A stretch of DNA of 64,000 nt from positions 1,536,001-1,600,000 of the forward strand of contig OZ245015.1 in the NCBI GenBank assembly GCA_965223705.1, read 5' to 3'. The stretch comes from Myxococcota bacterium (GTDB lineage: Bacteria; Myxococcota_A; UBA9160; UBA6930). The notes under the pieces were generated by a model that was given only the letters and a program-made list of their open reading frames with translations, was not told the DNA's origin and did no database searches. Of this stretch, positions 8,575-18,803 are shown piece by piece (within the stretch, counting starts at the first letter, position 1; the number at the start of each line of letters is the position of its first letter). A program made the position numbers and the translations under genes.

Positions 8575-9564
8575 ATGAAGTCGTGGCGAGCGCAACTCGC
8601 ATGGCCGCTTGTCGCCCTGACGTTAACGCTTGCTGCGTGCAGCGGGGGCGGCGAGGGCACCGCGTCGTTTCGCGTCGCGCTGCTGACACCGGGCAGCGTC
8701 GCCGACGGCGGCTGGAACCAAGGCGCTTACGAGGGGCTACAGCGGATCGAGCGTGAGCTCGACGCGCGCGTTTCCAACGTCGAGACGACGACACCCGCCG
8801 AATTTTACGAAGCGTTCCGCGGCTATGCCGCCGACGGCTTCCAACTGATTTTCGGGCACGGATTTGAGTACCAGGAAGCCGCGGCGCGCGCCGCCGCCGA
8901 GTTTCCGGACGCCATCTTCGTGACGACGTCGGGCAACACCCTCCGCGAGAACCTGGCGCCGATGGTGTTCGCGCTGGAAGAAGCGACCTACCTGTGCGGA
9001 ATCCTCGGAGCGCGCCTCGGCGGCGGGCGGCTGCTCGGGTTGGTCGGCGGCATCGACCTCCCTTCGATACGCAGCACGTTTACCGCGTTCGAAGCGGGCG
9101 CCCAGGCCGCTCGGCCGGGAATCGAAGTCCGCCGGGTGTTCCTCGGGAATTTCGATGACAGCGCTGCCGCGCGGGAGGCGGCCACTGCACTGCTTCACGC
9201 AGGCGCGGGTTTCCTGATGCATCAGGCGAACGATGCCGGTCGCGGTGTCTTTGAGGCCGCGCGAGAGGCCGGCGTGCTCGCGTGCGGAACAAACCGCGAC
9301 CAGAGCGCGCTCGCGCCCGGGGTCGTCGTCGCGTCCGCCGTTTTGGATCTGCCGTCGGCATTTCTCAGCGTCGGGCGCGAGGTGGCCGAGGGAACGTTCA
9401 CCGCCGAGGCGAAACGCCTGGGCATGAACGACGGCGTCGTCTCGTTCGTCTGGAACCCCGCGCTCTCGGAACGGGTTCCCGAGTCGGTGCGGGAAGAGAT
9501 CGCCTCGGCCGAGGCGGAGATTCGTGCCGGTGAATTGGCCGTGCCACGGCTCGGCGGTTCGTGA
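8575..9564 (+). CDS. BMP-family ABC substrate-binding lipoprotein (nucleoside-type)
   Basis: Lipobox LAAC; DGGWNQGAYEGL; GHGFEY. Confidence 0.9.
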   Translation: MKSWRAQLAWPLVALTLTLAACSGGGEGTASFRVALLTPGSVADGGWNQGAYEGLQRIERELDARVSNVETTTPAEFYEAFRGYAADGFQLIFGHGFEYQEAAARAAAEFPDAIFVTTSGNTLRENLAPMVFALEEATYLCGILGARLGGGRLLGLVGGIDLPSIRSTFTAFEAGAQAARPGIEVRRVFLGNFDDSAAAREAATALLHAGAGFLMHQANDAGRGVFEAAREAGVLACGTNRDQSALAPGVVVASAVLDLPSAFLSVGREVAEGTFTAEAKRLGMNDGVVSFVWNPALSERVPESVREEIASAEAEIRAGELAVPRLGGS

Positions 9565-11078
9565 ACGCTCCCATCGCCGAGCTCCGCGGCGTGACGAAAG
9601 CGTTCGGGCTTCCGGAGAACGTCCGACCCGCGCTGAAAGACATCGACTTCGAATGTCGCGCCGGGGAAATTCACGCCCTCGTCGGTGAAAACGGCGCCGG
9701 GAAATCGACCCTGGTCGGCGTGCTCGCGGGCATGGTGAACCCCGATCGCGGGGAGGTCATCTTCGGTGGGCACGCCGTGTCGCCCGCCGACCGTTCGCCG
9801 CGGACCTCCCGGGCGGCGGGGATCGCCGCGGTGTTTCAGCACGAGACGTTGGTCCCCACGTTGCGGGTGTCGGAGAACCTCGCGTTCGGCACAGACCCTG
9901 GCTTCTACAGCGAGTCGGCCAAGTGCCGCGAGATCCGCGAGCTGTGCGATCGCTTCCGCCTCGAGATCGATCCGAGTCGAAGAGTTGGTGACATGTCGGC
10001 CGGTGAACGCCAACGCGCCGAGCTCCTGCGCGCATTGTCGCGCGGCGCGAAGCTGCTTCTACTCGACGAGCCCACCGCGGTCCTTGCGCCGGCGGAAGTC
10101 GAGATCTTGCTCGGTGTGATGCGAAGGCTTCGAGAGGACGGCTGCGGCATTGTCCTCGTGTCGCATCGCCTCCCGGAAGTCCGCGAGGTTGCGGATCGCG
10201 TCACGGTGCTGCGGGCCGGCGAACGTGTCGGCGAGCAGCGAGCACCTCATTTCGATATTTCCGAGATCGCGCGGCTCATGGTCGGTGAGGTCCCGCCGAC
10301 GCCGATTTCTCGAAAAGGCGCGCCCAGGCCGACCGGTGACCCCGTTCTTTCCCTCGACCGAGTTTCGACGGAAGGCACGACGCGACGCAGCGCCCTACGC
10401 GAGCTTTCCCTAGCGGTCGAAGCCGGCGAAATCGTCGGAGTCGCCGGAATCGAAGGGAACGGGCAACTCGAACTCGAGGAGCTGCTCGTCGGCGAACGGG
10501 CCGCGCTCTCGGGCCGTGTCCTCGTGCACGGCGAACCGATCAAGCCTTCCGTCCGGGCTTTGCGGGCGCGCGGAGTGGCGGAACTGGCGAGCGATCGCAC
10601 AGGCCTTTTGCCGGGCTTCTCGGTGGCGTTGAACCTCGTCGCGAAAGCGTCCTACGACCACGGGCGTTTTTTCTCCCGGTGGCAGATCCACATGCGCGAA
10701 ATTATCGAACACGCCTACGGAATGATCGCGGCTTTCGGGATTCGGCCGCAGACGCCTCTCGCCGACGTCATGTCGCTCTCGGGCGGAAACGCCCAGAAGG
10801 TCGCCGTCGCGAGAGAATTCGACGAGGCGAAGAGCATGCTCATCGCGTTCCATCCCACGCGCGGTCTGGATTTCGCGGCCGCCGGATTCGTTCGCAACCG
10901 GATCGCACAAGCGAGGAATCGCGGGCTGGCGGTGCTGTTGGTCTCCGCCGACCTCGACGAATTGTTCCTTCTCGCCGATCGCATGGAGGTGTTGTCGGGC
11001 GGCCGGTTGACACCGGTCCCCGACGGTGGGACACGCGAAGAAATCGGCGAACTCATGCTCTCGGGTGGGGTCGAGTGA
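9561..11078 (+). CDS. ABC transporter ATP-binding protein (tandem NBDs)
   Basis: GENGAGKST, LLLDEPT, LSGGNAQK, PTRGLD. Confidence 0.92.
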   Translation: MNAPIAELRGVTKAFGLPENVRPALKDIDFECRAGEIHALVGENGAGKSTLVGVLAGMVNPDRGEVIFGGHAVSPADRSPRTSRAAGIAAVFQHETLVPTLRVSENLAFGTDPGFYSESAKCREIRELCDRFRLEIDPSRRVGDMSAGERQRAELLRALSRGAKLLLLDEPTAVLAPAEVEILLGVMRRLREDGCGIVLVSHRLPEVREVADRVTVLRAGERVGEQRAPHFDISEIARLMVGEVPPTPISRKGAPRPTGDPVLSLDRVSTEGTTRRSALRELSLAVEAGEIVGVAGIEGNGQLELEELLVGERAALSGRVLVHGEPIKPSVRALRARGVAELASDRTGLLPGFSVALNLVAKASYDHGRFFSRWQIHMREIIEHAYGMIAAFGIRPQTPLADVMSLSGGNAQKVAVAREFDEAKSMLIAFHPTRGLDFAAAGFVRNRIAQARNRGLAVLLVSADLDELFLLADRMEVLSGGRLTPVPDGGTREEIGELMLSGGVE

Positions 11079-12103
11079 ACCTCGTCGCGACGGACGATGC
11101 CCGCGGGGCGGTCGGCGCCGCGGCGATTCCCGCGGTTGCCTTGGGCTGCGCGGCGCTGGTCATCGCACTGTTCGGACACGATCCGTTGCGCGCACTGGCG
11201 GCGCTCTTCGTCGGCGCGTTCGGTTCGTCCGCAGGTTGGACCGTGACGTTGCAGAAAGCGGCACCGCTCCTCATCTGTGGTGTGGCCGTGTGTTTGGCGT
11301 TCCGCGCTGGCGTCTGGAACATCGGGGCCGAAGGACAGCTCTACATCGGCGCCTTGGCCGCGACCGCGTTTGCCACGCGTGTCGTCGGTGACTCGGCTTC
11401 GGTCTGGTGGACGCTTCCGCTCGTCGCTTCGGCCGGCGCGCTCGGCGGCGCGCTGTGGGCCGCCTTGGCGGCGGTCTTGCGGTACGGGCGCGGTGTGAAC
11501 GAAGTGATCGCGACGATTCTTCTCAACTTCGTCGCGATCCAGTTGGTCGCTTGGGCAGTCTTGGGGCCGCTCGCCGAAGCCGCTGGCACGTATCCCCAGA
11601 GCGATGCACTTCCCGAGGCTACGCGCCTTCCGAAATTGCTGCGTCTGCACTTGGGCGTCCCCTTGGCGATGACGATCGCGATGGGCGCCGCCGCGTTTCT
11701 CCACGCCACACCGGCCGGGTTTCGACTGCGCGCGGTCGGTGCCTCAGCGAAGAGCGCCTCACGCCTGGGCATGTCCCCGAAGCGGATCGGAGGGGCGGCG
11801 CTCGTCGCGTCGGGCTTGTTGGCCGGCCTCGCCGGCGCGTTCGAGATCATGGGCGTGACAGGGCGACTGTTCGCCGACTTCTCTCCGGGCACCGGCTACA
11901 CCGCAATCGCCGTGGCGCTCCTCGCGCGGCTTTCTCCGACCGGTGCGATGGCGACGGCGCTCCTCTTCGGGGGGCTCGAAGCGGGGGCGGCTTCGATGCA
12001 GCGCAACGCGGGTGTCCCGGCGGACATCGCCTTCGTCGTCCAGGGTGTCGTCGTTCTCGGAACCGCCTGGAGCGTCACCATGGTCAGCCGCAGGGACGCG
12101 TGA
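11075..12103 (+). CDS. ABC transporter permease
   Basis: NIGAEGQ, NEVI.TILLN; GTGA overlap with the ATPase gene. Confidence 0.9.
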   Translation: MNLVATDDARGAVGAAAIPAVALGCAALVIALFGHDPLRALAALFVGAFGSSAGWTVTLQKAAPLLICGVAVCLAFRAGVWNIGAEGQLYIGALAATAFATRVVGDSASVWWTLPLVASAGALGGALWAALAAVLRYGRGVNEVIATILLNFVAIQLVAWAVLGPLAEAAGTYPQSDALPEATRLPKLLRLHLGVPLAMTIAMGAAAFLHATPAGFRLRAVGASAKSASRLGMSPKRIGGAALVASGLLAGLAGAFEIMGVTGRLFADFSPGTGYTAIAVALLARLSPTGAMATALLFGGLEAGAASMQRNAGVPADIAFVVQGVVVLGTAWSVTMVSRRDA

Positions 12104-12966
12104 TGTCGACCGAGTTCGTCGACGCGGCGCTCCGCCTGGCGACGCCGATCTGGATCGCCGCTCTGGGAGAGCTCGTCGTCCAACGATCGGGCGTGATCAA
12201 CATCGGAATCGAGGGGATGATGCTCGCCGGCGCGTTTCTCGCGTATGTCGTGGGCGCGTCGACGGGATCCGTCGGGCTCGGTTGCCTCGCCGGAGCGTCG
12301 GCGGGAGCCTTGCTGGCCGTTCTCTTTGCGGGGCTATGTGTCATCCGCCAGGGCGATCAGATCGTGGCGGGAATGGGGGTCAACCTCGTGGCCCTCGGAC
12401 TGACCGGCGCGGGTTTCGCGAGCTTTTACGGAGCGGCACCTCCCGAAGCGCCGGCGGCATCGCCGATCGCGAGTAGTCAAAGCGGTTATTTCATTTTCGG
12501 CGTCGTGGCCGCCGCCGCGTTGGCCGCATTCTTTCGATGGACGCACACCGGGCTCGCGCTGCGAGCCGTCGGAGATCACGCCCGAGCCGCCGACGCCGAG
12601 GGCGTATCGGTGCCGCACTACCGCGGCGTAGCGATTCTGTTCGGCGGCGTGATGGCCGGTCTCGCGGGAAGCGCGCTGACGCTGTCTCTGACACACGTCT
12701 TCGCGGAAAACATGACCGCGGGCCGCGGCTTCATCGCGTTGGCTGTCGTGATCTTCGGCGGTTGGCGGGGGGGTGGCGTCGCTGCCGCCGCGTGTTTCTT
12801 CGGTGCGCTCCAAGCGCTTCAGTTCCGCTTGCAAGCTGCCGGTTACGACGTCCCGTATCCGCTCTGGCTGGCGCTTCCCTATGCGTTGACCCTCGTGGCC
12901 CTCGCTCTGGCCGCCCGCGCGTCGTCCGCGCCCGCCGAACTCGGTCGGCCGTATCGGCGTGAATAG
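12103..12966 (+). CDS. ABC transporter permease
   Basis: RSGVINIGIEGMML, GRGFIALA; TGATG coupling. Confidence 0.9.
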   Translation: MSTEFVDAALRLATPIWIAALGELVVQRSGVINIGIEGMMLAGAFLAYVVGASTGSVGLGCLAGASAGALLAVLFAGLCVIRQGDQIVAGMGVNLVALGLTGAGFASFYGAAPPEAPAASPIASSQSGYFIFGVVAAAALAAFFRWTHTGLALRAVGDHARAADAEGVSVPHYRGVAILFGGVMAGLAGSALTLSLTHVFAENMTAGRGFIALAVVIFGGWRGGGVAAAACFFGALQALQFRLQAAGYDVPYPLWLALPYALTLVALALAARASSAPAELGRPYRRE

Positions 12967-13026
12967 GAACGGCAATCGCTACCGCATCCCGGGTGCGGGA
13001 GTTACATTCCGCCCTTCGGGGGGATC

Positions 13027-13572
13027 ATGAGCGACGACGAATCCGGAAACCGGGCCGAGACCCAGGGCAAAGCGCTCGCGCCGCCCGGCACCGCGCTGCA
13101 ACAGCTGCCGGTGTTGGTCAAGCAATCCGACCATCCCTGCTTTTCGTGTGCGATGTGCTGCCACTACGTGGCGCTCGAAATCGACCGCCCGACGACGGCG
13201 AAGGAATATGACTACATCGTCTGGTACCTGATACACCAAGGCGTGAGCGTCTTCGTGGACTGGGAAGACGATTGGTACGTCAAGTTCGAAACCCGCTGCG
13301 AGAACCTGACCGATCAGGGCCTGTGCGGCGTGTACGACGATCGTCCGATCATCTGCCGCGAATTTGATTGGCGCGACTGCGAGAAGAACAATCCGGACGA
13401 TCAGGCGGACAAACTGACGTTCGACAAAGCCGAACAGTTTCTCGAATGGTTGGAGACGAAACGCCCGAAACAGTTCGAGAAATACCTGAAGTGGAAGGCC
13501 AAAAAATCGGCCAAGGGTGAAGAGAAAGAACTCACCCGGGTAGAGGAGGCCGGCGCCGAGAGCGCCGACTGA
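13027..13572 (+). CDS. YkgJ-family (CxxCxxCC) Zn/Fe-chelating protein
   Basis: CFSCAMCC ... CENL...CGVYDDRPIICREF. Confidence 0.85.
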   Translation: MSDDESGNRAETQGKALAPPGTALQQLPVLVKQSDHPCFSCAMCCHYVALEIDRPTTAKEYDYIVWYLIHQGVSVFVDWEDDWYVKFETRCENLTDQGLCGVYDDRPIICREFDWRDCEKNNPDDQADKLTFDKAEQFLEWLETKRPKQFEKYLKWKAKKSAKGEEKELTRVEEAGAESAD

Positions 13573-13580
13573 GCGTCCGC

Positions 13581-15668
13581 CTACTCCGCGTCGGGATCCA
13601 CTTTGAGTTCGAGTTCCTTCCGCTGGCGTTCGGCGCGCTCCCGCGCCTCGGCGCGTTCGCGGTCGATCTCGATCTTGAGCTCTCGTCGAGTTTGCTCGAC
13701 CATTTCATCGCTCTCCCGCTTGAGCTCGATCAGACGCCGCTCGAGGAGCTGGTTGCGGCGCGTCACAAACTCCCGCGGCAAGGTCGGCGACGGCGCGTCC
13801 GGGGCGTACTGGAGTGTCACTTCCTCCGTCAAGCTCGAACCGTCGCTCCCGTAAGCGGTCACGCTGACGCGGTTCTTGCCCGCTTCGAGCGGAACCAAAG
13901 CGCTCCAAGAACCATCCGCCTTGATGAGAACCTCTTGCGCATCGGTATTCGCGGTGAGATTTCGAAGCTCGAGACGCTCGACATTGGCGAAGCTCACCGT
14001 ATCGACAATCTCGGTCAATTCGCCCGGGTGTCGCACAGGCGTAAAGTAACCGTCTGTGCGAGCGGCCATTTCGACGGTCGCAACCGGGCCGTCGAGGGCT
14101 TCGGGCCCGATTGCGAACGAGTGAATCGTGATCGACGCGCGCGCCGAGCGATCTGCGGCGCGCAGCACGGCTTTGACGTTTTCGGATTCGAAGACCGGGT
14201 CGTAGGGAAGGGTGGGGCGGCCGTCGGTAAAGAACAGCACGATCTTCTCGCTCGAGGGGTCGGGCTCCGACAACCCGCCGCGCAAGCCGAGCAGCTCGAT
14301 CGTCGCTTGGTCCACGCCCGCGGCCATGTGGGTCATGCCTTGGGGTTTGCGCTCGAGAAGACTCCGCATCGCGCGCTCGATTTTCGCGTAGTCCGACGTG
14401 AGCGGTTCTTCGGTGATCGCCGCCGCACGCCCTTGTCGCGGCGGAAAGCCCGTTCGGGGATCGCCCGCAAACGTGACGAGACCCACACGCGTGCCACGCG
14501 GATCGAATCCACGGAGCATCTGGGTCGCCGCCGCGATCTCCGCCGCGAGGATGGAATCGCCGTCGTCTGCTCGTCCGAACAGGCCGCTCTTACCGACGAC
14601 ACCGTTCTCGTTGATGTCGGTACCGGTCATCTCGTTCGTCGAGCCCGAAGTGTCGACGACGAAGATCACGTCGAACCGGCGGAGGCGACCTTCGAGTGCG
14701 TAGGCCTTCCCTGCGACGAAGGCACCCATGGGATCGCCGATAATCGCGTCATTCGGCGGGTACTCCACCGTTAGCGTAAGCGACACGTCGTCGGGTTCTC
14801 GAGGTTCGGCTCGCGGACCCGCCAGGGTTGGAACGTCGCTGGTTTCTTTCTTGTTGAGACCGGGGGGCAGACCGGGCTGGATCGAGTCGAGCTGCGGTGT
14901 CGCCGGGCCGGCCGCGATGCTGAAGGCCGCTTCCGACGAAGCGAGCTGTGTCGCGAGATGCTCGGTGATATCCGCCGCCCGGGTCAGGCCGAGGCGGTAT
15001 TTTTCCTCGTGGATCCAGGCGGCCTGCAACATGCCGATCAGGCGGCCGTCGTCGTCGAGCGCCGGTGCGCCGCCCCAGCCGCGCAGGTCGACGGATACGT
15101 CGAGATCTACATGGATCCGGTCGGATTCGATCGCCGCTACGATGCCGACGAGATCGTCTTGGTCGGCCGGTACTCCCGCCGGAACGCCGACGATTCGCAC
15201 GCGACTCCCCACTTGAGGATCGCCCTGTGCGGCTTCGAGGATGCCGACATCGGCGGGGGGCGCTTCGAGCGAAAAGCTCACGAGATCTTCGGAGAAGCTG
15301 CCCCCGGGAAGCGAGAACGCTCGCCCCGGTTTCGCGAAGAACCGCGTCGACCGCGCGACTCGGTGCTGGCTCTTGCCCAGCCGGAAGTCGACCATTGGGC
15401 TCAGGGCGAGTTCATCGAACGGGAGCGAGTGCGCCGCGCATACAGCCGCACTACCGACGACATCATCCGTTCGAACGAAGAAACAAGTGCTACCGGCTTG
15501 GGCTCGACCTTCGGCTTCGAATTGGGGGCGGGCGACGAGGATCTCGGGATCGGCGGCAGAGCTCGCGCCCGGGACGAGGCACCCACCCACGAAGATCGTC
15601 GCCGCGAAGAGCGCTCGAAAGCGAGCACGCCGATTGCGCGCACGCCTCCTCTCATCGGACGTGTTCAT
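13581..15668 (-). CDS. Exported protein: degenerate trypsin-like domain + vWA domain + Ig-like/coiled-coil tail
   Basis: GAGG SD before ATG 15668; signal-like segment; CAAH and GWGGAP; MIDAS DTSGS and FFTDG. Confidence 0.7.
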   Translation of the reverse strand: MNTSDERRRARNRRARFRALFAATIFVGGCLVPGASSAADPEILVARPQFEAEGRAQAGSTCFFVRTDDVVGSAAVCAAHSLPFDELALSPMVDFRLGKSQHRVARSTRFFAKPGRAFSLPGGSFSEDLVSFSLEAPPADVGILEAAQGDPQVGSRVRIVGVPAGVPADQDDLVGIVAAIESDRIHVDLDVSVDLRGWGGAPALDDDGRLIGMLQAAWIHEEKYRLGLTRAADITEHLATQLASSEAAFSIAAGPATPQLDSIQPGLPPGLNKKETSDVPTLAGPRAEPREPDDVSLTLTVEYPPNDAIIGDPMGAFVAGKAYALEGRLRRFDVIFVVDTSGSTNEMTGTDINENGVVGKSGLFGRADDGDSILAAEIAAATQMLRGFDPRGTRVGLVTFAGDPRTGFPPRQGRAAAITEEPLTSDYAKIERAMRSLLERKPQGMTHMAAGVDQATIELLGLRGGLSEPDPSSEKIVLFFTDGRPTLPYDPVFESENVKAVLRAADRSARASITIHSFAIGPEALDGPVATVEMAARTDGYFTPVRHPGELTEIVDTVSFANVERLELRNLTANTDAQEVLIKADGSWSALVPLEAGKNRVSVTAYGSDGSSLTEEVTLQYAPDAPSPTLPREFVTRRNQLLERRLIELKRESDEMVEQTRRELKIEIDRERAEARERAERQRKELELKVDPDAE

Positions 15669-15791
15669 GAGCTCGCACCTCACCGCTACTTTGATACCGT
15701 AAACCCCGGGGGAGTTTCCGACTTGCTTGGAGAATCGCAGCCTCGAACCGGTCCGGCGAGTCTCGACCTCCGCACGCGACCCTTCCCTTGG

Positions 15792-16637
15792 ATGCGGTGG
15801 GCTTGTGGCGTGGCCTTGGCGGGCTGCGTCGCCGGTGTAAACGGGATCGTCGCCCGCGGGGAAACGCCGCCCACCGCGGCGCCGGACTACTTCGACACGG
15901 TTGTCATCGATCCCGGCCACGGCGGAAACGACCACGGAGCTCGGGGTGTCGCGGGTCTGGTCGAAAAAGAGCTGGTCCTCGATATCTCGCAGCGGGCGGC
16001 GCGGCGACTTCGGGAGCGCGGCCTTCAGGTGCTCCTGACGCGCGAAGAAGACCGCTTCGTCGGACTCGAGGAGCGGACGGAGCTCGCTAATGGGGCCGAG
16101 GCGGACCTCTTCGTTTCCGTGCACGCGAACTCGTCGAGCTTCCGCAACGCGCGTGGACCGGAGACTTTCTTCGCGTCCCTCGACGCGACGGATGAAGCGG
16201 CGCAAGCGCTCGCGACTCGCGAGAACTTGGCTCTCGGCGCGACCGAGGTGCCCGACGCCACGGTGTTCGATCCGGTGGCCGCCATCTTGGGCAAGCTCGC
16301 GGACAACGAATCGCTTCGCGAGTCGCAAGAGTTCGCGAAGATCGTGCAATCCCGGTTCGCGAGCCTCCACTCCTTGCGTTCGCGGGGCGTCAAGCAAGCG
16401 CCCTTCGTCGTGCTGATGAAGGTCAAGATGCCGGCGGCGCTCCTCGAGCTCGGGTTTGTCACGAACGCGCGCGAAGCGAAGGAATTTGGAAGCGAGGCGT
16501 ACCGAGAGCAACTCGCCGAAGCGCTCGTCGAGTCGGTGATCCGCTTCGGCGAGCGGAGAGACACCCGACGCGGCTTGACCCCCCACGCTCCGGATCCGGA
16601 AGGGCGGACCAGCTCGTCGCCGAAAGAGGAATCATGA
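15792..16637 (+). CDS. N-acetylmuramoyl-L-alanine amidase (Amidase_3)
   Basis: [27 protein letters not shown]; start uncertain. Confidence 0.9.
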   Translation: MRWACGVALAGCVAGVNGIVARGETPPTAAPDYFDTVVIDPGHGGNDHGARGVAGLVEKELVLDISQRAARRLRERGLQVLLTREEDRFVGLEERTELANGAEADLFVSVHANSSSFRNARGPETFFASLDATDEAAQALATRENLALGATEVPDATVFDPVAAILGKLADNESLRESQEFAKIVQSRFASLHSLRSRGVKQAPFVVLMKVKMPAALLELGFVTNAREAKEFGSEAYREQLAEALVESVIRFGERRDTRRGLTPHAPDPEGRTSSSPKEES

Positions 16638-17371
16638 CGAGAATCGATGGCCGGAACGCTTCGCAGCTCCGACCCGTACGCTTCCAAGTCGACTTCACGG
16701 AGAACCCGCTGGCGTCGGTCCTGTGTGAGTTCGGGCGAACGCGGGTTTTATGTACGGCGTGCGTCGAAGAGAGCGTCCCGCGCTTTCTGGTCGGCAGCGG
16801 TCGCGGATGGCTGACCGCTGAATACGGCCTCTTGCCGGGGTCGACGGACCAGCGGGTCGACCGTGAAGCGGCGCGGGGCAAAGTCTCCGGCCGCACCCAG
16901 GAGATCCAGCGTCTCATAGGGCGCAGCTTGCGCGCGGTGACCGATCTTTCGGCCCTGGGCGAGCGGACGCTCTGGATGGACTGCGACGTCCTCCAGGCGG
17001 ACGGCGGCACCAGGACGGCGTCGGTGAGCGGCGCGTTCGTCGCCTTGGCACTCGCGATCAGCCGTATGCGCGACGGGGGATTTCTCGAGAAGCCGGTACT
17101 GCGGGGCGGGTTGGCCGCAATCTCGGTCGGGGTCGTCGAGGGCGAGCCGCTTCTCGATCTCTGCTACGCGGAAGATTCGCGCGCGGAAGTCGACATGAAC
17201 GTGGTCGGTACCAGCGATGGTCGGCTCGCGGAAGTGCAGGGGACCGGCGAGGAGCACACGTTTTCGCGAGCGGAGCTCACGCGCATGTTGGAGCTCGCCG
17301 AGGCCGGCATCGCGGAAATCACAGCGCTGCAACGAGAGGCACTCGCCGGGGCCGGAGCCTCCATCACGTGA
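16634..17371 (+). CDS. rph: Ribonuclease PH
   Basis: [29 protein letters not shown]. Confidence 0.97.
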   Translation: MTRIDGRNASQLRPVRFQVDFTENPLASVLCEFGRTRVLCTACVEESVPRFLVGSGRGWLTAEYGLLPGSTDQRVDREAARGKVSGRTQEIQRLIGRSLRAVTDLSALGERTLWMDCDVLQADGGTRTASVSGAFVALALAISRMRDGGFLEKPVLRGGLAAISVGVVEGEPLLDLCYAEDSRAEVDMNVVGTSDGRLAEVQGTGEEHTFSRAELTRMLELAEAGIAEITALQREALAGAGASIT

Positions 17372-17988
17372 CCGGCTCCGGGCCGTATCGCGAGCTCGTC
17401 ATCGCCACGGAAAATCCCGGGAAGCTGCTCGAATTCCGAGCGCTGCTAGGAGAGCTCCCGTTGTCCCTGCGCATTCTGTCCGCGTTTCCCGAAGTGCTCC
17501 TGCCCGCGGAAGGAGAAGACTACGCGGAGAACGCGAGAGCGAAAGCGCGCGTAGCCGCGCGCGAGACCGGCCGGCCCGCGCTGGGGGACGATTCGGGGCT
17601 CGAAGTCTCGGCGCTCGGCAATCGCCCCGGTCCCTTGTCGGCGCGCTACGGGGGAGAGGGCCTCCGCGACGCGCAGCGATCCGCAAAGCTACTCGCAGAA
17701 CTCGATGCCGCCGGAACGCCGGATCGCTCGGCCCGCTTCGTGTGCGTCGCGGCGCTCGCACTTCCCGACGGAACCACCACCACCCAGGTGGGCACGTGCG
17801 AGGGAAAGATTCTCGATGCGGCGCAGGGAGACGGCGGGTTCGGTTACGACCCGATCTTTCAGCCCGAGGGCGAAAATCGCGCGATGGCGGAGCTTCCGCC
17901 CGCCAAGAAGAACGAAATCTCTCACCGCGCGCGCGCGATCGCCGCGTTGCTGCCGACGATCCGCGAACAGGTTCTTCGAGAGACTTAG
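17368..17988 (+). CDS. rdgB: dITP/XTP pyrophosphatase
   Basis: [27 protein letters not shown]; follows rph. Confidence 0.95.
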   Translation: MTGSGPYRELVIATENPGKLLEFRALLGELPLSLRILSAFPEVLLPAEGEDYAENARAKARVAARETGRPALGDDSGLEVSALGNRPGPLSARYGGEGLRDAQRSAKLLAELDAAGTPDRSARFVCVAALALPDGTTTTQVGTCEGKILDAAQGDGGFGYDPIFQPEGENRAMAELPPAKKNEISHRARAIAALLPTIREQVLRET

Positions 17989-18716
17989 TTCTGTTTCGCG
18001 GTTCGCAGTCGAAGTCTGCGAATCAGCTGATGAATCTGTAGCGCTGCTTGTTGCTTCGGGTCGATGAAGGCCACCGCCATTCCGATCGGCGCCTTCGGGC
18101 GCGTGAGGTTGCCCGGAACGTTGCTGTACACGACGCGGGAGTGGATGGGTTCCGAAAGCTCCGACAGTTCGAGCTCGAGCCAGATCTCGGCTCCCGGACA
18201 GAACGGCCGCGGCGTTTCGAGGAACGCACCCGTCGCCGAAAGCGTGTAGATCCCGACGGGCTTTGTGCGGGCGCCGAGGGATGCCTGGGCTTCCCAACCC
18301 ACCGCGACCCGCGGCTCCCCTCGTTTCGAACGCCGTCGATGGTCGAGCTCGAGGCCGCGGTTCAAGGCGAAACGCAGGTGGCTCCGATTGCGGAGCGACA
18401 ACCGGTGGCGCAACCCGAGCTGTTGGAAGCGGCGGATCTCGACGCGATCGCCAAAGAAGAACCCCGCCCATTGCCGATTCGCGAGTCGGCTCGCGACCGG
18501 AGCGAGCAGTCGCTCGAGGGTTTCGAGGGGAACCTGATCCGAGGCGGCGACGCCGCGGAACGCACAATCGCTGCGGATGAGCTGCGCTTCGACCGCCCGC
18601 AAGCTGTCTGCCAGGTACGTTCGGGCTCCGAGCTCACCGAGCGCCATCGCAGCACGGCGGGTCGTGTGCGTGTTCGCATCATCGATGAGCAACAGGTCGG
18701 CAATCTGCTGGGACAT
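17985..18716 (-). CDS. PilZ-domain protein
   Basis: RxxxR-like KRGEPR, then LSATGAFL and GMAVAF. Confidence 0.7.
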   Translation of the reverse strand: MSQQIADLLLIDDANTHTTRRAAMALGELGARTYLADSLRAVEAQLIRSDCAFRGVAASDQVPLETLERLLAPVASRLANRQWAGFFFGDRVEIRRFQQLGLRHRLSLRNRSHLRFALNRGLELDHRRRSKRGEPRVAVGWEAQASLGARTKPVGIYTLSATGAFLETPRPFCPGAEIWLELELSELSEPIHSRVVYSNVPGNLTRPKAPIGMAVAFIDPKQQAALQIHQLIRRLRLRTAKQN

Positions 18717-18803
18717 GGCGATACCCCCTTGTGTCGCAGAGACACGGCTTCCCGACCCTGTGAGTGCGAGCCCGAGAAGAAAAGTGATGCCCCGGAGGAG
18801 GCG

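Noticed and set aside
15669..16586. N-terminal 306 aa of the 1001-aa ORF
   Set aside because: Antisense to the amidase gene; an SD and signal peptide support the start at 15668
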